NCBI RefSeq assembly: GCF_000446015.1
Contig: NC_022093.1
Span: forward strand, 300,001 to 332,000
Reading direction: 5' to 3'
Length of the DNA stretch: 32,000 nt
DNA from: Thermofilum adornatum
GTDB taxonomy: Archaea > Thermoproteota > Thermoprotei > Thermofilales > Thermofilaceae
Position numbers and translations under genes: made by a program. Numbering within the stretch: position 1 is the stretch's first letter; each line of letters starts with the position of its first letter. Under the pieces are notes generated by a model that was not told the DNA's origin, did no database searches, and saw nothing but the letters and a program-made list of their open reading frames with translations. Below are positions 1 to 8,373 of this stretch, in pieces.

Positions 1-934
1 CGAGCCTCGCGAATCCTACAACGGCGTTTGTTGCAAAAAGCGCATGGACCTCCAAGAATGAGCCTTTGTCGAATATCTTGTCGATTACCTCTTTGACGTC
101 ATACGGTTTTAGCGGGTCTTCTGGGACAATGCTATCTAGCTGTGGGTCTTCCCTGAACGGGTCATCTCCTGTATCGATGCAGGGAGGATCCTCTGTGTTG
201 TTGCTTGGCAGGTAGCTTAGGAGCGTCTTTATGATTTCTATTGCGTGGTCGTCGTTTTCTGCCAGGAAGTGGGCTACCCCGCTTTTTGTTGCATGTACCT
301 CCGCGCCTCCTAGCTCTTCAAATGTGACCTCCTCCCCTATAGATGCTTTGACAACTTTTGGCCCAGTAATGAACATGTAGCTCTTCCTTGTCATTATAAT
401 GAAGTCTGCAAGGGCCGGAGAGTATACCGCGCCTCCTGCGGCTGGTCCCATTATTGCTACTATTTGGGGGACTACTCCGCTTGCTAACACGTTTCTGTAA
501 AAGATCTCGCCATAGCCCTTAAGCGAGTCGACGCCTTCCTGTATCCTTGCTCCACCCGAATCATTGAGACCTATGAGCGGGACCCCGAGCTTGAGTGCTA
601 GCTCTATTGTTCTGGCAATTTTTGATGCATGCATTTCTCCAACGCTTCCACCCATGAAGCTGAAGTCCTGTGCATACACAGCTATCTTACGTCCATTTAC
701 TGTCCCTAGACCAGCCAGGACGCCGTCGCCATAGGCTTTCTTTGTTTCCATTCCGAAGCCTGTCGCCCTGTGAGTTATGTAGCGGTGAAGGGGTATAAAG
801 GAGTCTTTGTCCAGCAACTTTTCTAGCCTTTCGTGGGCTGAGAGGCGGCCCTGCTCGTGGATTTTCTTTAAGAAGTCTTCGGGAGGCCTTAGCGTCTGCA
901 TTCTCTTATCTAGAATATCTGGAAAACTCGACAT
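1..934 (-). CDS. Acyl-CoA carboxyltransferase (propionyl-CoA carboxylase beta / methylmalonyl-CoA decarboxylase alpha family); C-terminal part lies outside the window
   Basis: This ORF is absent from the ORF track because it runs off the window. My translation of the minus strand from the ATG (complement of 932-934) gives MSSFPDILDKRMQTLRPPEDFLKKIHEQGRLSAHERLEKLLDKDSF...LNDSGGARIQEGVDSLKGYGEIF...IMGPAAGGAVYSPALADFIIM...GGAEVHATKSGVAHF. This is typical of the N-terminal half of carboxyltransferase subunits. The frame stays open to position 1. Confidence 0.8.
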   Translation of the reverse strand, partial: MSSFPDILDKRMQTLRPPEDFLKKIHEQGRLSAHERLEKLLDKDSFIPLHRYITHRATGFGMETKKAYGDGVLAGLGTVNGRKIAVYAQDFSFMGGSVGEMHASKIARTIELALKLGVPLIGLNDSGGARIQEGVDSLKGYGEIFYRNVLASGVVPQIVAIMGPAAGGAVYSPALADFIIMTRKSYMFITGPKVVKASIGEEVTFEELGGAEVHATKSGVAHFLAENDDHAIEIIKTLLSYLPSNNTEDPPCIDTGDDPFREDPQLDSIVPEDPLKPYDVKEVIDKIFDKGSFLEVHALFATNAVVGFARL

Positions 935-953
935 TGCACCTACCTCGACCTAT

Positions 954-1520
954 TTATTCGAGTTCAAGAACCCACGCCTCAAATTCCCCTCCGCTAACCC
1001 TTATCTTGACTAGCTCGGCTCCACGTTGAACCGCGTCTGATACAAGGGATAAATGTCTCTGCAACTTTGAAACGGCCTCCAGCCAGTCTCCATTGGGTGC
1101 ACGTAGACCCTGTGGAACTTTTAGAGCGGCGAGAATCTTGTCGGGAACGCTGTTCGGGTTGACTGTTGTAAGTGTAGTTCCCGGATTCAGCGGCTGTAGT
1201 GAGCTGGTTGGAATGACTAGGCCCTTGATAGCTAGGTAAGCTGTCTCGCTGGTTTTAACTGTTAGGGTGTTTTGTGCTGTGCCTGTCCTCCAGGATTCCA
1301 TTTGCTTGTCATCGGCTAGAATCTCTGCTTTGCCTGTGGTGCCGAAGACTACCTTTTCCTGTAGTTCGAGGGTTATTGATCCTTGACGTATCTCGATTAC
1401 TGGAGCCGTCGGCGGGTTAAATACTAGGAGGTTTGCTGATGCATGGAGGTATTTGTCTACGGATGATAGTGGATTAGGTGAGATATAGGACCTGTGGGAT
1501 GAACGTATGACGATCGTCAT
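954..1520 (-). CDS. Hypothetical protein (188 aa), no recognisable domain
   Basis: The ORF fills the gap between the GT2 gene and the carboxyltransferase gene, with only 19 nt to the downstream ATG at 934. It has no TM segment or motif I recognise and a T/S/N/P-rich, beta-like composition. Confidence 0.5.
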   Translation of the reverse strand: MTIVIRSSHRSYISPNPLSSVDKYLHASANLLVFNPPTAPVIEIRQGSITLELQEKVVFGTTGKAEILADDKQMESWRTGTAQNTLTVKTSETAYLAIKGLVIPTSSLQPLNPGTTLTTVNPNSVPDKILAALKVPQGLRAPNGDWLEAVSKLQRHLSLVSDAVQRGAELVKIRVSGGEFEAWVLELE

Positions 1521-1613
1521 CTGGAGCGCACCTGTTTTTTGTTGTAAATTGTTTGTGGTATAAAACGGTTGTGCAATTTTTGTTAAACAATTGTCGAAAG
1601 CTCTGAGCGAAGA

Positions 1614-2765
1614 CTAGACGACCCAGTCTTCTACTTTCCTGTCTCTAAGGATCAATACTCTGAGAAAGCCTGCGAGGAGTATTGACAGCCAGAACAATTG
1701 GTATATGTATAGGTACAATGGGTAAAGATACAAATATGTCTTTGATTTTACTACTCGTGCCGCAATGTAATGCCATAGAGAGAATAGAACAAGTGGAATA
1801 AAGAAAGCTCCAACGGTTAAGAGATATGAGAGATGTATGTTTATGGCTATGATTGACGCGAATGGGAGGAACTGGTTGATGAACGTGGAGAGGGTGAGTG
1901 CTACCAGATAGGCTGTTTTTTCTATAGAGTGGTTGTAAAGGGAGAATGCTAAGAGAGTTGTCAGTAGGGATGGCAAAGCATAGATTAATGCTGGGATTAT
2001 GACATGCGGCATCTTCAGGGTTGCAGTCAAAGCTTCCAGGAAGTTTTCTTGAAGCCATATTGCTAGGCCTATCGCCCACCTTTTACGTTGCTTAAACCAC
2101 TTTGAGATGTTTTCTGGAGGATAGTTCAGGACATATGTTTCACCTATATATGTGAACCTGTGTTTCTTTTTGAACGACCTGAGAGCTATGTCGAAGTCTT
2201 CTGAGACAGATGGCTGGAAGTAGCCTATTTCTTCGAGTGCTTTTCGTTTCATAGCGAAGGCCGCACCGTTCACGGCTATTGTTCGCTTGGCGAGTTTCCC
2301 CATTAGCATGCTTGCAAAGTTGTAGGACACGTATTCTATGTAAACCATTTTTGATAGCAGTCCCGAGGCTACAATTACTTTCTTGATGTCGCCGATATCA
2401 TAGTCTCTCATTTTTTCAACGATTTTGTGGAGAAATAGTTCGTCCTCGATTGCGACGTCATCGTCGAGGAACACGACTAGGTCTCCCGTAGACATTTTTA
2501 GAGCTGTATTTAGCGCTGAGACTTTTCCGGCCCTTTTTTCACGTATTACCACTTTCACACCAGGGATTTTTCTGAGTTTTTCAGCTACGAGGGGGGTCGG
2601 TTCGTCCACTACGACTATGAGTTCTTTACTGGGATAGGGGAGACTAGCAACTTTTTCAACGAGTTTCAACAGCCTGTCGGAGCCCCTATATGACGGTATA
2701 ATTATGGAAACCTTTTGTTGTGCTTCTTCACGTGAAGAGTAAACTTGCAAGAGTGTACTCGACAT
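1614..2765 (-). CDS. Family-2 glycosyltransferase, membrane-embedded processive-synthase type
   Basis: 383 aa. It has a GT-A N-terminus (VSIIIPSYRGS), a DxD-type FLDDDV, and QRKRW, which matches the Q(Q/R)xRW motif of processive GT2 synthases. About five hydrophobic helices follow at the C-terminus. Confidence 0.85.
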   Translation of the reverse strand: MSSTLLQVYSSREEAQQKVSIIIPSYRGSDRLLKLVEKVASLPYPSKELIVVVDEPTPLVAEKLRKIPGVKVVIREKRAGKVSALNTALKMSTGDLVVFLDDDVAIEDELFLHKIVEKMRDYDIGDIKKVIVASGLLSKMVYIEYVSYNFASMLMGKLAKRTIAVNGAAFAMKRKALEEIGYFQPSVSEDFDIALRSFKKKHRFTYIGETYVLNYPPENISKWFKQRKRWAIGLAIWLQENFLEALTATLKMPHVIIPALIYALPSLLTTLLAFSLYNHSIEKTAYLVALTLSTFINQFLPFASIIAINIHLSYLLTVGAFFIPLVLFSLWHYIAARVVKSKTYLYLYPLYLYIYQLFWLSILLAGFLRVLILRDRKVEDWVV

Positions 2766-2828
2766 ATATGTGCCTCCACACCATCTACTAGATAAATAAA
2801 ATAAGCTTTTCTAGTGTCTATCAGATAG

Positions 2829-3047
2829 ATGGAGGAACTAGTAGAACAGTGCGAAAAAGTTATTCTAGAAGAGGCTAGGAGAGACCAGCTTAACGGTGTC
2901 GGAAGAGTCTTTATTTCAACGCTTTTGGAAAGAGGGTTCAGCCGAGACGTTGTGACAAGTTCCATAGAAAGGTTGGCGTCCAAGTACCGTGTTAGCGTCG
3001 TAGGCAATATTGTGAAGGTGTACTTTGAGGAGAGGAGTGAGGAATAG
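2829..3047 (+). CDS. Small hypothetical protein (72 aa)
   Basis: The ORF's TAG stop (3045-3047) overlaps the GTG start of ogt by 1 nt. It is helical and charged with no motif I recognise. Coding status is supported mainly by the coupling geometry. Confidence 0.45.
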   Translation: MEELVEQCEKVILEEARRDQLNGVGRVFISTLLERGFSRDVVTSSIERLASKYRVSVVGNIVKVYFEERSEE

Positions 3048-3517
3048 TGGAATATGGATGCTTCTCTACGAAGCTTGGAAAGCTGTGTGGACTAGTCGAC
3101 GGAGGAAAGGTTTTTTATTTGGATACTCTGGATGTCCCAGAATACAGGAAGCACCCCCAGGGTTCATTTATACGTTTGCTCGAAAAAGAATTGACCGAAT
3201 ATTTGGACGGGAAGAGGCAAATTTTTTCTTTCAAGCCCGTCGTCCAGGGCCCATATTCGAGGCGCCGAGTCCTGGAAGAAGTTACACGCATACCCTGCGG
3301 AAAAACAATAACATATAAAGAGCTCGCTGTAAGCGCTGGGATTAGGTCCCCCAGGCTTGTGGGCAGAATCCTCTCTGAAAACAACATATTAATAATTATA
3401 CCTTGCCACAGAGTAGTATCAGTGAAGGGTCTAGGAGGCTATAAGTTGGGTGTAGACGTGAAGAAAATGTTGCTCGACTTAGAGAGAAGCATGTGTGGTG
3501 ATGGGAATGGTCGTTAA
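3047..3517 (+). CDS. ogt: Methylated-DNA--protein-cysteine methyltransferase (O6-alkylguanine-DNA alkyltransferase)
   Basis: 156 aa with the active-site PCHRV motif (IIIPCHRVVS) and a preceding DNA-binding helix region (TYKELAVSAGIRSPRLVGRIL). GTG start. Confidence 0.9.
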   Translation: MEYGCFSTKLGKLCGLVDGGKVFYLDTLDVPEYRKHPQGSFIRLLEKELTEYLDGKRQIFSFKPVVQGPYSRRRVLEEVTRIPCGKTITYKELAVSAGIRSPRLVGRILSENNILIIIPCHRVVSVKGLGGYKLGVDVKKMLLDLERSMCGDGNGR

Positions 3518-4397
3518 AAGGGTTTTGAGTTTCTGGGGGAAGGGGGGCGTTGGCAAGACAACTATTTCTTCTGCTTTTGCCGTCGCTTTAGCGGAGAGAG
3601 GTTACAGTGTTTATCTCTTGTCGTCTGACTTTATGCCCTCTCTGCATGACGTTCTCGAGCTCCCCTTGACATATGAGCCCGTAAAGGTAATGGATAACCT
3701 TGTCGTGGAACAGCTTTTCGAGGACAAGATAATTGATTTGTGGAAGAAGCGTTTCGGAGACGAGGTTTACAGGGTTGCTTCCAGCATATTTCCAGTGGGC
3801 CCCGAGATAATAGATTATGTGGCTGGCGCCCCCGGGATAGTAGAGGAGTTCACTCTTTATTACATATACGAGCTCTTTAGGAACCTTACCTGCGACATCA
3901 TTGTTTGGGACACTGTTGCTACGGGAGGGGGACTCAGGATGCTAAAAATCGAGAAGGAATTCTATGAGCACCTCGGAGAGGCGGTAAAGCTCTACCTAAA
4001 GGTTAAGGGCGTGCTTGACAAGATAAGGACGGGTTCCGAGGAGCCGCTAAAGCTTATCGATTCTTGGCGTTTACTGGCACAGGACGTTCTAAGCTTTTTA
4101 AAAAATGCTTCTCATTTCGCTACGCTTGTTTCACGTCCATTCCCGATAGATTTTCAGGTAGCGGTAAGGGCATATCAAGAGTTAAGCCAGTTTGTCCCCA
4201 TAAGGTTCCTCTTCATTAACATGGTTTCTTTCTCCGGGGAGGAGAAAGAATATCTCAAAAAATTTGAAGAAACTTTTGAGGGAAAACTAGACATATTTAG
4301 AGTCCCAAGGTTTGATCCGTCTCCAAGAGGAATTAACGCTCTTAGGAAATTAATTAGTGAAAAAGACCTAGAGAAAATAGAGTCAGTCGTTTTCTAG
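3501..4397 (+). CDS. ArsA/Get3-family P-loop ATPase (short form)
   Basis: It has the deviant Walker A FWGKGGVGKTT and WDTVATGGGLRML, which aligns to the DTAPTGHTLRLL switch of ArsA/Get3. The track ORF starts at GTG 3495. I prefer ATG 3501, with ATG 3507 as an alternative. The 5' end overlaps the ogt 3' end. Confidence 0.8.
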   Translation: MGMVVKRVLSFWGKGGVGKTTISSAFAVALAERGYSVYLLSSDFMPSLHDVLELPLTYEPVKVMDNLVVEQLFEDKIIDLWKKRFGDEVYRVASSIFPVGPEIIDYVAGAPGIVEEFTLYYIYELFRNLTCDIIVWDTVATGGGLRMLKIEKEFYEHLGEAVKLYLKVKGVLDKIRTGSEEPLKLIDSWRLLAQDVLSFLKNASHFATLVSRPFPIDFQVAVRAYQELSQFVPIRFLFINMVSFSGEEKEYLKKFEETFEGKLDIFRVPRFDPSPRGINALRKLISEKDLEKIESVVF

Positions 4398-4413
4398 GTA
4401 AGCTACAAAGGTT

Positions 4414-4428
4414 CTTGCTTTTTTCTTG
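4414..4428 (+). terminator. T-rich tract (CTTGCTTTTTTCTTG) downstream of the ArsA-like gene
   Basis: A T6 run at 4419-4424 lies about 20 nt after the stop codon. Oligo-T runs are the usual archaeal termination signal. Confidence 0.3.
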
Positions 4429-4443
4429 TGAGAAAGCCTAAAA

Positions 4444-4450
4444 TTTAAAA
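4444..4450 (+). promoter_or_regulatory. TATA-like box (TTTAAAA) for the MoxR operon
   Basis: An A/T box about 30 nt upstream of ATG 4480. A GGGG Shine-Dalgarno-like element sits just before the start. Confidence 0.35.
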
Positions 4451-4479
4451 GGTCAGACTAGGTTTTTATCCAGGGGTTG

Positions 4480-5382
4480 ATGAAGCGAATAACCGCTTTC
4501 ATAGCATTTTTCTATATACTCCTAGTTCTTATGGTTTCAAGTTATAGCCAGTCAGGATTCACTCCGTTGGGAAGCGACGTTGTGGTAGTATTTAGCTGGC
4601 TGGCGGACCTTTTTCTCGTCTTTTTTGCCCTTGTGATAGTCTTTTATCGCCGTGAAATCATTGAGATTCTAGTCAAGTTGTTCAGGTCAGAAAAGAATGA
4701 GGAGCCTCTATCTAAGACTAGAAAGCCTAAGTGGGAACGATTGATCTTTCTTGCCATGCTTCCTATTCTCTTAGCGATATATGAAGAGCAAGAAAAGAGT
4801 AGGAGAGCTACTGAATTTCTTGGTTCAACAAGTAACATGAGCATCCAAAATAGTTCTATAGGTGGACCTTTCGTAGTCTCGAATAATGCTTCAGCTACAC
4901 AGCTGGGCTCGACTGTTTCTGCTTTCCAGATTCCTTTAATTTTAGCAATTGTCTCGTTTGGATTTGTAGTCCTCTTAGCCATGTTTGTTGGTTATGTAGA
5001 GTTTCAAAGAGAGTTAAAGGGAAAAGAAGAAGACAGTTTAAGTAGGGAAGTTAGAAGCGAGGTAAAAACAGCTCTTAGAAGAATTGAGGCGCCCGAAAGT
5101 GACCTCAGGCATGAAATCGTAAGGTTGTATAATTCTTTTTGCAAGACAGTTGAGGGACGCGGGGTAAAGATTGAGAAATCATGGACTGCCCGGGAAATCA
5201 TGTCTATAATTGTTACATTGATTCCGGCTCTCCCCCGAGAAGCAGTTCAAGAGCTTACAGGCCTCTTTGAATTGGCACTGTACAGCAATTACCCGCTAGG
5301 TGAGCAGCATCGAGCTCTTGCCTTGAGCGCTCTCCGTAGAATATATTCAACGTTAAATGTCCCAGAAGGGGTGTCTATCTAA
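4480..5382 (+). CDS. Membrane protein with DUF4129-like C-terminal domain
   Basis: The protein has N-terminal TM helices, an S/N-rich loop and a further TM helix (IPLILAIVSFGFVVLLAMFVGYV). The C-terminal helical domain (WTAREIMSIIV...LTGLFELALYSNYPLGEQH) resembles DUF4129 of TgpA-type proteins. It is the first gene of the moxR operon. A TTG at 4477 is an alternative start. Confidence 0.6.
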   Translation: MKRITAFIAFFYILLVLMVSSYSQSGFTPLGSDVVVVFSWLADLFLVFFALVIVFYRREIIEILVKLFRSEKNEEPLSKTRKPKWERLIFLAMLPILLAIYEEQEKSRRATEFLGSTSNMSIQNSSIGGPFVVSNNASATQLGSTVSAFQIPLILAIVSFGFVVLLAMFVGYVEFQRELKGKEEDSLSREVRSEVKTALRRIEAPESDLRHEIVRLYNSFCKTVEGRGVKIEKSWTAREIMSIIVTLIPALPREAVQELTGLFELALYSNYPLGEQHRALALSALRRIYSTLNVPEGVSI

Positions 5383-5669
5383 TGAAAAAACGAGAAAAAA
5401 TAATGACAGCTTACATAGCAATTCTTCTAGGACTTAGCGGCGTTAGCTTTTTCATAGACAATTTCCCGGGGACTGTCCTATGGTTAATGTCTGCTTTAGC
5501 TTTGTCATTTGTGTTTTTCGAATTTCTAGCGCCATATCTCAAGTATTCTCCCAGCATGATTCCCGAGGTAGAAGAAAAAGAGAGTTCGCTTATCGACAAA
5601 ATCTTAGAGGGAAAGATTAGTGTCGAAGACGAGACAAAACTTCTTAAATTTGTTTTTCAAACAGAATAG
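5382..5669 (+). CDS. Small two-TM membrane protein (95 aa)
   Basis: The ATG overlaps the upstream stop (TAATG). There are two hydrophobic helices (IAILLGLSGVSFFI, VLWLMSALALSFVFFEFL) and an acidic tail. Confidence 0.5.
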   Translation: MKKREKIMTAYIAILLGLSGVSFFIDNFPGTVLWLMSALALSFVFFEFLAPYLKYSPSMIPEVEEKESSLIDKILEGKISVEDETKLLKFVFQTE

Positions 5670-5685
5670 ACGAAAAGTGAAATAA

Positions 5686-6645
5686 ATGTCGTCGCCCGAA
5701 AAACAGAAATTGGAAAAAGTCTTCACCGAGATAGAAAAAGCTGTCATCGGAAAGAGGAACGTGGTCGAAAAATTGCTGGTCGCTCTTCTCTCAGGCGGAC
5801 ATGTCCTAATCGAGGACTATCCGGGTCTAGCAAAGACGCTTCTCGCATCTACTTTCGCGAGGGTTTTGGACCTGGAGTTTCGGAGAATACAGTTCACTCC
5901 AGACCTTCTGCCTGCAGATATCACTGGTAGCCACATCTTCGATATGCATAGTTCTACTTTTAAGTTTAGACGGGGGCCAATCTTTACCAATCTTCTTTTA
6001 GCCGACGAGATCAATAGAGCTCCTCCAAAAACACAGAGCGCACTTCTCGAAGCCATGCAAGAGAGACAAGTAACGGTCGACGGTGTAACCTTCCAGCTAG
6101 AGACACCTTTCATGGTTATTGCTACACTTAACCCCATTGAGTACGAGGGGACGTACCCGTTGCCAGAAGCACAGCTTGATAGGTTTCTCCTTAAAATAAG
6201 GATGGGGTACCCATCATATGAGGAGGAAGTTTTGATCCTCAAGAAACGTGTTGAGAGAAAGAAGGATCAGGCAGATGTTGAAAAGGTTCTAAGCAAAAAC
6301 GACATTTTAGAGCTGGTAAAGAAGGTGGAGGATGTATACGTGGACGACACAATATTCACATATATTGTCAATATTTGTCGGGCAACCCGCGAACTAAAAG
6401 AGGTAGAGGTAGGGGTAAGCCCTAGGGGAACCGAGAGCCTTCTAAAAGCAAGTAGAGCACTGGCCTTCATTAGGGGACGCGACTATGTTTTGCCAGATGA
6501 CGTTAAAGAGATAGCTCCCAGCGTTCTGGCCCACAGGCTAGTCATGAAGTCCGAGTCGCTAGTAAGAGGGCTGACCCCCGAGATTCTTATCGATAGAGTC
6601 CTGCAGAGGGTTGAAGTGCCAAGGGACTTTGGTGGAAAAGCTTGA
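5686..6645 (+). CDS. MoxR-family AAA+ ATPase
   Basis: 319 aa with GHVLIEDYPGLAKT (Walker A region) and LLADEINRAPPKTQSALLEAMQERQVT (Walker B/sensor). The C-terminal lid with SPRGT is colinear with MoxR (AAA_3) proteins. Confidence 0.9.
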   Translation: MSSPEKQKLEKVFTEIEKAVIGKRNVVEKLLVALLSGGHVLIEDYPGLAKTLLASTFARVLDLEFRRIQFTPDLLPADITGSHIFDMHSSTFKFRRGPIFTNLLLADEINRAPPKTQSALLEAMQERQVTVDGVTFQLETPFMVIATLNPIEYEGTYPLPEAQLDRFLLKIRMGYPSYEEEVLILKKRVERKKDQADVEKVLSKNDILELVKKVEDVYVDDTIFTYIVNICRATRELKEVEVGVSPRGTESLLKASRALAFIRGRDYVLPDDVKEIAPSVLAHRLVMKSESLVRGLTPEILIDRVLQRVEVPRDFGGKA

Positions 6646-7904
6646 CTCCCAAGGGGTTTTTCCTTGTTTTCACAGGCCTTGTAATCCTTACCGTTTCAAT
6701 TATACTCCAGAAATGGTTTGTGTCTTTTCTTTCTATTCCGTTATTCTTACCCGTTCTCCTAGCCATCTATCAGACTCCCATAGACCCTTCTCTTTTACAA
6801 GTTCGTCGTGAAATTACTCCGAGCACAACATTTGTAGGGGACACCATAAGGGTAAAAATCGCTGTGAAAAATCTTTCGGGACGAGACGTCCTCCTCGAGC
6901 TCGAAGAAAAGTTATCCATCAATTTAAAAGTTGACGAGAAGCTTCCCCACGTGTTGATAGCTTTAAAGCCCCACCAAGAGTTCGCGTTTGTCTACGCTTT
7001 GTCTTCTGATCTGAGAGGCCATTTCCCAGTGGGGCCCCTAGAGGTCTGGCAGTTGGACCCGTTTCTTGTCACTCGGAGAAAGGTTTTAGAAGTGCCACCG
7101 GAGACTGTGGGTTTCCTGCCCCGTATGCATAGAGTTAGCTATCTGAAAATGCCATATGCGCGGACAACCCACATGGCTGGAGAGGTACCCTCAAATACGC
7201 CGGGCGAGGGCTTCGAGTTCCAGGAAGTAGCAGAAGCGCATGAGCTGACAGGTAAAAGAATAAACTGGAAGGCCGTCGCAAAGTCTAGAAAGCCTTTCGT
7301 GAATACATATCGTGTAGAGAAGTCTCTGGAATGCCTAGTTGTCTTGGATGTGCCAAGCAATAGATTGCTTGGCAAAGAATTGACAAACGTAGTTGTAGAC
7401 AAGATGGTGGAGCTGACAGCCACACTTGTAAACTATTTGACAAAGAGGGGGAACAGGGTATCCCTGCTCGTGACTGGTAGCTACCGTGACTGGGTCAGGC
7501 CAGGCTTCGGTAAGAGACACATGCTCAGGATTCTTCATTCACTTGCTGACGTCAAGTGCCTTGAGTTTAAACCGCTCGTAGACTTTTCTGAAGTCTTTCA
7601 GCTTACTTCCCCGTTTCTAACTAAGAGTGGATCCCTGATCTTCGTTGTTTCGGCCTTCACCGAGCCTTCCGGCAACGGTGTTTTGAGAGAGGCGGTTTCC
7701 AGGGGCTATACAGTTGTACCTATCGCTATTAATCCATTTAGGATCGTTGAAAAATACTGCAAGGGCGAGAAGAAACAAGTAGTCAGTAGACTAAGCGAGG
7801 TCTGGGAGAAAGGAATAATTGGAGTAATTGGCTCAGGTAGAGATCTGAAGATTGACTTCCAGTTGCTCAGATTGGTTGAGGCGATGTTAAGTGCATATGC
7901 GTGA
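6642..7904 (+). CDS. DUF58-domain protein (MoxR partner, vWA-like) with two N-terminal TM helices
   Basis: The TTG start overlaps the moxR stop (cTTGA). There are two N-terminal TM helices and a beta-sandwich-like segment (VGDTIRVKIAVKNLSGRDV). The DUF58 core follows (GEGFEFQEV...KRINWKAVAKSRKPFVNTY...CLVVLDV). Confidence 0.8.
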   Translation: MTPKGFFLVFTGLVILTVSIILQKWFVSFLSIPLFLPVLLAIYQTPIDPSLLQVRREITPSTTFVGDTIRVKIAVKNLSGRDVLLELEEKLSINLKVDEKLPHVLIALKPHQEFAFVYALSSDLRGHFPVGPLEVWQLDPFLVTRRKVLEVPPETVGFLPRMHRVSYLKMPYARTTHMAGEVPSNTPGEGFEFQEVAEAHELTGKRINWKAVAKSRKPFVNTYRVEKSLECLVVLDVPSNRLLGKELTNVVVDKMVELTATLVNYLTKRGNRVSLLVTGSYRDWVRPGFGKRHMLRILHSLADVKCLEFKPLVDFSEVFQLTSPFLTKSGSLIFVVSAFTEPSGNGVLREAVSRGYTVVPIAINPFRIVEKYCKGEKKQVVSRLSEVWEKGIIGVIGSGRDLKIDFQLLRLVEAMLSAYA

Positions 7905-8373
7905 ACTTTTCACCGCTATAGCTATTTTCTCTATTGTGGCCCTAGAGACAGTGGTGCTTGTTCCATCGCTGGTGATTCAGCTTATACTTATCCTAATATT
8001 TACTGGGACTTTAATTTCCTATTTTTATAAAAGTCCTCTTCTGCTAAACGTGTTTACTAGCGCTTACTGTATATTTTTGGCGCTTCTAGGCGCATTAAAC
8101 TATCCGGCTGGGGTTCTTTTTGCCCAAATAATCACCATACTGATTATTAGAGACTTCTTTGAGATTCTCATGTACAGTGAGGTCCGGGGAGTCTACTATC
8201 TTGCAAGGTACTATTTGCCATTTTACTCCGTCATTATCCTTATCTTCTACCTCTGGGTCTCGATTAGTCAAGAACTTTCAAAAAGGCTTCCAATTCAGGC
8301 AATTGTCGTGGCTACAGTTGGTATTGCCCTCATCTATATCTACGCTGTCCGTAGCCTTAGGAGGCTGGACTAG
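7897..8373 (+). CDS. Polytopic membrane protein (4-5 TM), last gene of the MoxR operon
   Basis: The start (ATG 7897 or GTG 7891) overlaps the DUF58 stop. The protein is almost entirely hydrophobic helices with no soluble domain. Confidence 0.6.
   Translation: MRELFTAIAIFSIVALETVVLVPSLVIQLILILIFTGTLISYFYKSPLLLNVFTSAYCIFLALLGALNYPAGVLFAQIITILIIRDFFEILMYSEVRGVYYLARYYLPFYSVIILIFYLWVSISQELSKRLPIQAIVVATVGIALIYIYAVRSLRRLD

Noticed and set aside
807-1013. A 68-aa plus-strand ORF spanning the junction between the carboxyltransferase gene and the 188-aa ORF.
   Set aside because: It is antisense to two minus-strand CDSs and has no upstream promoter-like A/T box. Its composition is typical of a shadow ORF.
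4474-4500. A C-box-like TTGATGA followed by 12 nt at the start of the MoxR operon.
   Set aside because: No CTGA D/D' box follows at the required spacing. The motif is simply the TTG-ATG-AAG start region of a CDS.
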